From: a virus
Lineage: Duplodnaviria; Caudoviricetes
IMG/VR virus record: IMGVR_UViG_3300028581_002462
Span: 1-46,908 of that record
Length of the DNA: 46,908 nt
Strand: one strand, 5' to 3'
Shown here: positions 40,122 to 46,908 of the stretch, piece after piece
How the letters are laid out: every line of letters starts with the position of its first letter
Position numbering within the stretch: the stretch's first letter is position 1
Made by a program: the position numbers and the translations under genes
The notes under the pieces: generated by a model
What the model was told of the DNA's origin: nothing
The model's database searches: none
Seen by the model: the letters and a program-made list of their open reading frames with translations, nothing else

Positions 40122-40539
40122 ATGGGCAAACTTATAACAACATGGTGTGATCATTGCCAAATTGAGACTGAACAGGAGTGGCAGGTTGAACCAGAAGATG
40201 AAGGTAACCCTCCAGAGTTCTACACTTTATGTTTATTGTGTGGGAGATATAACTATGACTAACCTAAAACAAAAGTATGCATGTCTTGAATGTGGGGAAA
40301 CTTTTTCCTATAAACATAATTATAATCTTCATGAGTGTAACATTAATAAAGTTAAACAAGAAAGAATGTTTAAATCTCTTAAGAGAGTTGAGCAACAGAT
40401 CAAACAAAGAAAGAGATTTGTTTATATTAAAATAAAAAAGATAAACTACAAGTGTGCTAACTGTCATGATGATGAAGTAGAACATAGAGGAGATTGGTGT
40501 GACACTTGTAACTTACCTGAGAGGAGTTCTATACAATGA
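40122..40539 (+). CDS. Two Zn-finger ORFs (40122-40262; 40255-40539)
   Basis: CDHC...CLLC in the first; CLEC...H..C and CANC...CDTC in the second. Confidence 0.6.
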
Positions 40540-41054
40540 TAATCAATACTTCTCTATCATTAATCATCTTATCTCTTTGTTTAATTGCAGTAATGATATT
40601 GTATTTTATTAATCACTTGGTAGGAGTAATAAGAAAACAAATAGGTATAAACTATAATCAATTTATTATCTTTAGTATTATCTTAGCCTCAGTAAAGATG
40701 TTTGATTTATTAACAACAAAAATGTTTGTAGGTTTCTATGGAATAGAACAGGAAGCAAATGTTATAGCTAGAGACTTCATGAATAACTTGGGAGTCAATG
40801 GAGGACTAATTACTTTATATCTTATTGCAGTTATCTTAATGACTGTATTAATGTTTACAATATGCAGTCAATATAAAATTGGAAACAAAGAGAATATAAT
40901 TTCTAAAACTACTAAATGGTTTATCTTTTTAATGTTAGCTATCTCTCAATTCCTAGTTGCTATCTGGAATAGTTTGAATGAACAAGAATCATTATGGTTA
41001 GTAAATCATTTACCAATAATACAAACAATGTTTAAATTATTATTTAATAACTAA
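40536..41054 (+). CDS. Membrane protein, DUF5658-like
   Basis: DLLTT...EAN motif with multiple TMs. Confidence 0.6.
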   Translation: MIINTSLSLIILSLCLIAVMILYFINHLVGVIRKQIGINYNQFIIFSIILASVKMFDLLTTKMFVGFYGIEQEANVIARDFMNNLGVNGGLITLYLIAVILMTVLMFTICSQYKIGNKENIISKTTKWFIFLMLAISQFLVAIWNSLNEQESLWLVNHLPIIQTMFKLLFNN

Positions 41055-41361
41055 TGGAAAAAGTATATAACACCAAATGTAAATATTTAAATTTATGTAG
41101 ATATTGCGATCATAAACAAATAGATAAAATGTTTACTAATCTTAATTATGATTCCATTTATCATAGTATTAATTATTATAACTAATTTAGACAGAAAACC
41201 TTTTGTTGTGAAAAGATTTGTCCCTTAATAAGAGTAACAATTAAATTTGAAGAAGTTATTAAAAACAGAAAGGTTTATAAAGGTGGAGGTATTAAATAAA
41301 TCATGGAGAAAGATAAATGAAATACTCTCATGCCCTAAAGGGCAGAGTATCTAACTAAAAC

Positions 41362-41922
41362 ATGGTAAAACACGAATACAAACATTTCAATCCGTTAGAA
41401 CATCAAGTAGATGTTAAAATGGCGAAAGTTAAAATTAGTTCTCACTCAAAGCATAATATTAACTATCACATAGTTTTCATTCCAAAATATAGAAAGAAAG
41501 TTTTAATGGGCGATAAATTAAAAGAAATTTTAACTACAATTATCAAAGGACAATGTGAGGATTTAGGAGTTGAACTTTTGGCTTTAGAAATTATGCCAGA
41601 CCATGTTCATATTTTTGTCGGAGCGAAACCAACTCATACCCCTTGTAAAATAGTCAATCAAATTAAAGGAAATACTTCAAGGCAAATTAGACTTATATTC
41701 CAAGACATTAGATGTTTAGGATACGAACAAAAGTCTAACACTTGGAGAGGATTTGATAGTCTTTGGGCAGATGGTTATTATTGTGGAAGTGCTGGACATG
41801 TAAGTCAAGATAGTGTTAGAAGATATATTGAAGAACAACAAGGTAAGAAAGTCTTTGAGTATGATATTTATGAATGTCCAGAGGAACTAAAAGGTCAATT
41901 AAAAATAGGAGATTTTGTATAA
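41362..41922 (+). CDS. tnpA: IS200/IS605 Y1 HUH transposase
   Basis: YHIVFIPKYR, DHVH (HUH), IKGNTS, LWADGYY and VRRYIEEQ (catalytic Tyr). Confidence 0.96.
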   Translation: MVKHEYKHFNPLEHQVDVKMAKVKISSHSKHNINYHIVFIPKYRKKVLMGDKLKEILTTIIKGQCEDLGVELLALEIMPDHVHIFVGAKPTHTPCKIVNQIKGNTSRQIRLIFQDIRCLGYEQKSNTWRGFDSLWADGYYCGSAGHVSQDSVRRYIEEQQGKKVFEYDIYECPEELKGQLKIGDFV

Positions 41923-42484
41923 TGCAGATGCCACCAAAGAAAATAGGCAGTTCAGATGATTTTTATACTCCAAATAGTGCAATCAATCCAATAATTTCAT
42001 ACTTAAACAAAGAATGGAAAATCTGGGAATGTTGTTCTGGAACTGGAAATATAGTTAAATTTTTGAGAGAGAGAGAGAGATGAATGTTTTTGGAACAGAT
42101 ATAAAAGAGGGAGAAGATTTTTTAACTTCAAACAGAAAAGATTTTGATTGTATAATAACCAACCCTCCATTTTCATTAAAAGATAAGTTTTTAAAGAAAT
42201 GCTTTGAGTCTGAAAAACCTTTTGCAATGCTCTTACCACTAACGGCATTAGAGGGAAAATTTAGACAATCTCTATATAAGAAATATGGAGTTCAAGTTAT
42301 TTTATTTAATAAGAGAGTAAATTATCAAGTACATCAAAACAAAAACTCTTGTTGGTTTGCGAGTGCTTGGTTTTGTTATAAACTTAATCTACCTAAAGAC
42401 TTGAATTTTGTTGAACTAAACGACGGAAACAACGGCATTCCTCCCAAGCCTAAAGTCTTAGGTATCCTGCCTACGATTATATGA
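41922..42484 (+). pseudogene. N6-adenine-type DNA methyltransferase frameshifted at (GA)8; possibly phase-variable
   Basis: DDFYTP/WECCSGTG half and TNPPFS half lie in different frames; removing one GA fuses them. Confidence 0.85.
42065..42080 (+). repeat. (GA)8 microsatellite
   Basis: ttttgagagagagagagagatga. Confidence 0.95.
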
Positions 42485-42723
42485 AATATAAAATACCTTG
42501 GATAAATATAGTTTGGATATTATCTTTAATTGTTATAATAATTGTTATAATGATTGGATCTCTGCAATATATCTCAAAAGAATATTTATCTTTAAATTAT
42601 TTTCCAATGCAGATGTTTGAATTACTGTTAATTGTAATAATAGCTAAGTTAATGTTTAATGAAATTAGTAATAGTAAAATTATAAGCAAAAAAGATATAA
42701 AGGAGGTTAAACAAAAAGTCTAA
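42481..42723 (+). CDS. Two-TM protein
   Basis: Hydrophobic; its ATG is the element's terminal ATGA. Confidence 0.65.
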   Translation: MKYKIPWINIVWILSLIVIIIVIMIGSLQYISKEYLSLNYFPMQMFELLLIVIIAKLMFNEISNSKIISKKDIKEVKQKV

Positions 42724-42834
42724 GCAAGTGCGTAAGGATTAAGCTTATTTTTTTTAATTTAGCTAATGTCCCTTTAACGCAACAATGCATAACAATACAA
42801 ACATTTATAAACTACTAAAACATTTAAATTAACA

Positions 42835-43266
42835 ATGGAAGCAAATAAAGAGGAAACAAAGGAAGGTAAGAAATTAATAGTAAAGAATTGTGCAAGATGT
42901 AATAAAGAAATTACTGGCACAGCAAGGAAGAAGTTTTGCTCAGTAAGATGTACTCAGAATTATTATTATTATCATAGTGATAAAGTTAGAGAAAGAAACA
43001 TAAGACAGTCAAGAGAATCATATCAAAGAAATAAAGATAAGCCAGAAGTAAAATTAAGAACTAGAGAGAGATTTAAAAAGTGGTTATCTATTCCTGAAAA
43101 CAAAATTAAGTTTAATGAAAAGATGAGAAACTATATGAGAAAAAGAAACTATAGATTATATCATGAACGTTTAGATGCAGGACTATGTACAAACTGTGGT
43201 AGATCTAAAGAAAGAGATATAACTACTTGTAATAAATGTACCGAGCAAAGGAATAAATGCAAATGA
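42835..43266 (+). CDS. Zn-finger basic protein
   Basis: CxxC...FCSxxC and C-terminal CxxC...CxxC; TATA box at 42804. Confidence 0.7.
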   Translation: MEANKEETKEGKKLIVKNCARCNKEITGTARKKFCSVRCTQNYYYYHSDKVRERNIRQSRESYQRNKDKPEVKLRTRERFKKWLSIPENKIKFNEKMRNYMRKRNYRLYHERLDAGLCTNCGRSKERDITTCNKCTEQRNKCK

Positions 43267-43589
43267 AAATAAAATTAGAAGTTGATGATGAGAAAGAAAC
43301 AAAGAAGAATAATAAAGAAACTAAATACCAACCAATGCACGTGGAGATTGGAGATTTACCAGAATGACAATACAAACAGAACTTAAAAAGATAGGAGAGA
43401 TAAAGATATTTAATAAGTATGATAATAAAGGAAAACCTTTTGGTAATTATAATATTGAAACTTATGAGAAAAGTTTAATTGCTGATCTCAAAAAAAAGAA
43501 AAAGGTGAAAAAGAAATGACATACAAAAAAGATGGTGATACTCTAGAATTAAACAGCAAAACTATTTCTGATAGTTCTGGAGGAGTCTT

Positions 43590-43721
43590 GCCTGGAAGCG
43601 GCACAAAAATAAATACGTTGGGAGTCACACACCTCTTTACTTCCAATAACAAACTTAATGGGAATTTAATGTGCCCGTGTTCGTATTTCCTGTCACTGTC
43701 ATCTCTGAGCGGCTTCCAGGC
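43590..43721 (+). ncRNA. Possible structured RNA
   Basis: Nested stems gcctggaagc/gcttccaggc, ggcac/gtgcc and ttgggagt/acttccaa in a locally GC-rich patch. Confidence 0.4.
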
Positions 43722-43908
43722 GTTATATTCAAGGAGTTCATATGGGTGAAGTCCAGTTACTAATATCAACATTAGCTTTGGTTGATTGTATAATTTGTTT
43801 TGTTATTGGTGGAATGATAACTCTTATAAGTGAACTAATAGTAACTAATTACTTTGATAAGTTAAAAAGAGAATTTAAATATACTAAAGAGGAATATAAA
43901 TATATCTA

Positions 43909-44496
43909 ATGAAAAGCCAAATTAATATAAAAAAATGTATAAATTGTAATAAAGAATTTAAAAGAATTGGGAATAAAAATAAAGGAAATAAATATTGTTC
44001 ATTATCATGTGTCTTTGAACATAGAAGAAAAATATCTAAATCATTACCAATAAATAAAATAACTATTATTGAAAGAGCAAAAAATAAATGTGAGGAATGT
44101 GGGATAGAAAGAAAATTACATATTCATCATATAAACAAAGCTGAATATCATAAAAATGGACATTCTCCTTTAAGTGGTGAACAAAACAATCCAAAAAATC
44201 TAATAGCTTTGTGTATTTTTTGTCATAGAAAATTACATTCAAAAGGTGTAAAAAGATTTACTAATAAAGGAAAGTGTATTGCTTGTGGAAAGGAATTTTA
44301 TTATTATCCTAAAGCTAACCGTGGAAAGTATTGTTCAAGAGAATGTGCTTATAAAAATTGTAAATTGAAATTTGAAGATTATATTCCTAAAATTAATACA
44401 TGTAAATATTGTGGATTAGCATTTGTTAATAAGAGAGAAAAAATGTATTGTTCAAATAAATGTAAGTCAAGGTGGTATTATTATGATAAAAAGTGA
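43909..44496 (+). CDS. HNH endonuclease with repeated Zn-finger modules
   Basis: Three CxxC...YCSxxC modules plus HIHHI...N...LCIFCH. Confidence 0.8.
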   Translation: MKSQINIKKCINCNKEFKRIGNKNKGNKYCSLSCVFEHRRKISKSLPINKITIIERAKNKCEECGIERKLHIHHINKAEYHKNGHSPLSGEQNNPKNLIALCIFCHRKLHSKGVKRFTNKGKCIACGKEFYYYPKANRGKYCSRECAYKNCKLKFEDYIPKINTCKYCGLAFVNKREKMYCSNKCKSRWYYYDKK

Positions 44497-44878
44497 AAGA
44501 AGTAAATTAGGTAAGCGTTATAGAATTTTGGGCAAGGCTCACGAACTTGCTACTCGCAAAGATTTAGAGTCACAAGGCTGGATCGTATGCCGTTGGGATA
44601 AACAAGTTAATCTTCAAACTAATCAATTAGAAAATTCCAAACCAAAGTTTAATCCATATACTAAAACACTTATGATGTCTCAGAGTGGATTTCCAGACTT
44701 TATAATTTTTAAGTCAGTATGTGTTGGAGAAGTTTTGATTAGACTAGTTGAATCAAAGATGACAGGTAAGCTTGACAAGATTGAAAAACAAAAGATTAAG
44801 TGGTTGTACGATAATTTAAATATCTCAACATTGATTGCTTCTAAAGGAACAAACAAAGGAGAAATAACATATGGTTAA
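44483..44878 (+). CDS. PD-(D/E)XK nuclease (Hjc/VRR-NUC-like)
   Basis: G..HE, GFPDF and VESK motifs; ATG 44483 preferred over 44423. Confidence 0.75.
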   Translation: MIKSERSKLGKRYRILGKAHELATRKDLESQGWIVCRWDKQVNLQTNQLENSKPKFNPYTKTLMMSQSGFPDFIIFKSVCVGEVLIRLVESKMTGKLDKIEKQKIKWLYDNLNISTLIASKGTNKGEITYG

Positions 44879-45134
44879 ATATCTAAAAGAAATAATTATG
44901 CATCTGATGATTATCGGAGTATCTGCTTTTGCATTTATTAGTTTATTATCTTTTAGTAAATGGTATTTTACAATATTAGCTTATCTATTTTTATTACTTG
45001 GAGTATTTAATCTATTAATGATGTTATCAAGATTATTTAATCCTACAATGTGGGACACAGTTACAATAACAAATAATATAGTAAAAGAATATAAAAAAAA
45101 TAAACCTGAGGTACAAAATAATGCCGTTCAATAA
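44871..45134 (+). CDS. Two-TM protein
   Basis: Hydrophobic hairpin. Confidence 0.6.
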   Translation: MVKYLKEIIMHLMIIGVSAFAFISLLSFSKWYFTILAYLFLLLGVFNLLMMLSRLFNPTMWDTVTITNNIVKEYKKNKPEVQNNAVQ

Positions 45135-45399
45135 AAGAAGAAATAATTTTATAGATAGATTTCAATTGGATAACTTAAGAATGAAAAAAGATAAATGTAA
45201 AAACTGTGGTAGCATGGATAAAGAAGAACTAACATTACATCATATTGATAATAGTCCCCTATTAGAATTTGATGAGGATAACATAATAGTTTTATGTAAG
45301 CACTGTCATGATGAAGTTCATAAGTATGATAACTTGGAATGGAAAAATAGAATGGCTAAATTAAAATTACTGAAAGGAGGTAACAAGAAAAATGACTGA
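45121..45399 (+). CDS. HNH endonuclease
   Basis: CKNCG...LHHI...N...LCKHCH. Confidence 0.8.
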   Translation: MPFNKRRNNFIDRFQLDNLRMKKDKCKNCGSMDKEELTLHHIDNSPLLEFDEDNIIVLCKHCHDEVHKYDNLEWKNRMAKLKLLKGGNKKND

Positions 45400-45793
45400 A
45401 GACATATTCGCAAAAGGAATTGGGAATAAGGAAGGACAAAAGTCTTTACAGGCAAAGCCAGTAGTGGTTATGGGCAAAGTAGCTGAACCAGTACTTGGTA
45501 AGGTTGGTTCTTTAAAAGCTGGAAAGGAAGTAGGTAAGAAATTAGTTCTTATCTGTAAACATCCAGACAAAGAAGAACTTATTAGAATATCAGAATTGAT
45601 ATTCGTAGCTGGAAAGACTGTTAAGACTTCAACAATGTGGATTAATCTGGATGAAGAAGGAAATATTCAGAAAGGATCTATCATTGCTAACTTATTGACT
45701 AAATATGGTGCTGCAAATGTTAATGCTTTAGAAGGTATGACATTACAGACTGATTTAGATGAAAATAAGTTCTTAGCTATCAAAGCTTACTAA
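45392..45793 (+). CDS. Hypothetical beta-rich protein, possibly ssDNA-binding
   Basis: Strong SD GGAGGT; beta-strand pattern; function is a guess. Confidence 0.65.
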   Translation: MTEDIFAKGIGNKEGQKSLQAKPVVVMGKVAEPVLGKVGSLKAGKEVGKKLVLICKHPDKEELIRISELIFVAGKTVKTSTMWINLDEEGNIQKGSIIANLLTKYGAANVNALEGMTLQTDLDENKFLAIKAY

Positions 45794-45875
45794 ACAACAT
45801 TAAAGTTGTCCTAGTTGGCTGTAATTCATTCACAGGGCCTTTTATTCTTGAGGCTCATATCATTTAACTTATCAA

Positions 45876-46481
45876 ATGGAAACACAAAACAAAGACAAGC
45901 TAATACTTGCCTACAACAAATTAAAGGAAGAACTTAATACTCAAAGAGATTCAGAAACTCTAAAGAAGTATGAGATACTTAATAAGGCCTATAAGTTAGG
46001 TAAGAAGATTTATGGAAATACATATTCTATTTCTAAGTTATCTTTAGACTTTGAATTACCTTTTACTACAACTAAAAGAATACTTTCATTAACTAAAGCA
46101 AACAATAAGACTTGGGAACTAATCAAATCAGGAAAGATGTCTGCATTTAAAGCTGCAATGATACTTTGTTCTAAACATTTAACTTATCAAGATGAAGTAA
46201 TGCAAATGGTTATTAAGAATAATCTATCCACTTATGATATAAAAAATATAAAGATTAAGAATTATGATGATGTTAAAAGAGAGAAGTTAAGAATTGCAGT
46301 TGAAAGAGGATTTTCCAGAGAAGATTCTGCTTTTCATGCTTTTATAAATACAATTAATCGTTTAAACGAATTACTTAACTTAAATGAAGATTTCTTAACA
46401 AAAAACAAAAGAGATACAATTAGAAAAGAGTTATCAAAGTTAAATAAGAGAATTGAAACTTATATTGAAATTGAAGAATAG
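45876..46481 (+). CDS. HTH protein resembling the ParB/Spo0J central region
   Basis: SISKLSLDFELPFTTTKRILSL...IKSGKMSAFKA pattern. Confidence 0.6.
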   Translation: METQNKDKLILAYNKLKEELNTQRDSETLKKYEILNKAYKLGKKIYGNTYSISKLSLDFELPFTTTKRILSLTKANNKTWELIKSGKMSAFKAAMILCSKHLTYQDEVMQMVIKNNLSTYDIKNIKIKNYDDVKREKLRIAVERGFSREDSAFHAFINTINRLNELLNLNEDFLTKNKRDTIRKELSKLNKRIETYIEIEE

Positions 46482-46510
46482 ATTTAAATAGTTAAAGAGT
46501 TTTATTTTAT

Positions 46511-46636
46511 ATGGTTAAAACAAAGTGTGAGGTGTGGAGTAGAGTTGTAGGATATTTAAGGCCAGTAGAACAATTCAACGAAGGACAACAAGCTTCTTTC
46601 CATGATAGAAAAGAATTTAAAGTAGTTACTAACTAA
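46511..46636 (+). CDS. Stand-alone NrdD C-terminal glycyl-radical peptide (41 aa)
   Basis: MVKTKCEVWSRVVGYLRPVEQFNEGQQASFHDRKEF; own TTTAAATA box upstream. Confidence 0.85.
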   Translation: MVKTKCEVWSRVVGYLRPVEQFNEGQQASFHDRKEFKVVTN

Positions 46637-46662
46637 TAGTAACATATTATATTTTAATTGTT

Positions 46663-46705
46663 CAGCGAGGACGATAGGGAGAATTATCCTCGCTGTTTTA
46701 CTTTT
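46663..46705 (+). terminator. Stem-loop plus T-rich tail
   Basis: cagcgagga / tcctcgctg followed by ttttactttt. Confidence 0.6.
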
Positions 46706-46711
46706 ATTAAT

Positions 46712-46729
46712 AACCGAAAGCTTTATATA
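46712..46729 (+). promoter_or_regulatory. Archaeal BRE/TATA promoter for the RHH gene
   Basis: aaccGAAAgcTTTATATA ends about 23 nt before ATG 46753. Confidence 0.7.
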
Positions 46730-46752
46730 TAAATAATATTTATGTTATTTAT

Positions 46753-46908
46753 ATGGTTAATGAAAACTATTCTGTAACACTTGATTCTGAAATAGTTGAA
46801 GAAGCAAAAAAGTATTATACTGATTTTGGTGGAAAGCTTTCTCCATTGTTAAACAAACTATTAAAAAACTGGAATGTTATCCAAAGAAGTAATGCTAAGA
46901 ACTTCCTA
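46753..46908 (+). CDS. 5' part of the junction-spanning RHH-like protein
   Basis: ATG at 46753; frame continues through position 1 to the stop at 205. Confidence 0.7.
   Translation, partial: MVNENYSVTLDSEIVEEAKKYYTDFGGKLSPLLNKLLKNWNVIQRSNAKNFL
46773..46908. repeat. Terminal direct repeat, right copy
   Basis: Matches 1-137 with a 1-bp deletion. Confidence 0.97.

Larger units (their letters stand above)
41321..42484 (+). mobile_element. IS200/IS605-type element: tnpA plus methyltransferase passenger
   Basis: Left bulged hairpin atactc-tca-tgccct-aa-agggca-gagtat (41322-41350); right structure ggca...cctaaagtcttagg...tgcc (42434-42471). Confidence 0.85.

Noticed and set aside
39913-40122. 69-aa ORF with DLQDLQD and CKSCKSC
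   Set aside because: The peptide repeats are translations of the iteron palindrome.
41874-42083. Separate 69-aa gene
   Set aside because: It is the 5' half of the frameshifted methyltransferase, whose real start is 41922.
43579-43700. tRNA gene (CTGG and GTTCG motifs)
   Set aside because: No pairing T-stem or acceptor stem could be built; no tRNA or rRNA was recognised anywhere in the window.
46773-46908. Biological terminal repeat of a linear genome
   Set aside because: It cuts through an ORF and looks like assembly overlap; no protein-primed polymerase or terminase is present.

Overview
This looks like a complete circular, very AT-rich (~46.77 kb) archaeal virus genome; bases 1-137 recur at 46773-46908. 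BRE+TATA promoters sit just upstream of start codons, and exported proteins are dense in N-X-S/T sequons with KRG/KRGQ-type leaders, which suggests a DPANN-like host (inference). I see no terminase, portal, HK97 or jelly-roll capsid, tail or lysin gene. The + strand late region (about 1-23.5 kb) instead encodes membrane proteins, collagen/Gly-rich/LamG adhesins and two paralogous two-helix hydrophobic proteins resembling spindle-shaped-virus capsid proteins. Both paralogues have class III (prepilin-type) signal peptides, and an A24 prepilin peptidase is encoded about 0.5 kb downstream on the opposite strand. Replication and maintenance genes include a primase-polymerase/CHC2/SF3 helicase followed by a nested iteron palindrome, a P-loop ATPase with C-terminal HTH, a tyrosine recombinase and a PD-(D/E)XK nuclease. 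An IS200/IS605 TnpA element carries a DNA methyltransferase instead of TnpB, and that gene is frameshifted at a (GA)8 tract. Two tandem TnpA-less methyltransferase cassettes share the same end motifs. Other accessory features are a DGR-like variable region with no RT, a stand-alone NrdD glycyl-radical peptide, in-frame inverted-repeat inserts, a pentamer-periodic G-rich tract, a probable structured RNA and six HNH nucleases. All calls come from motif reading by eye; no searches were run.
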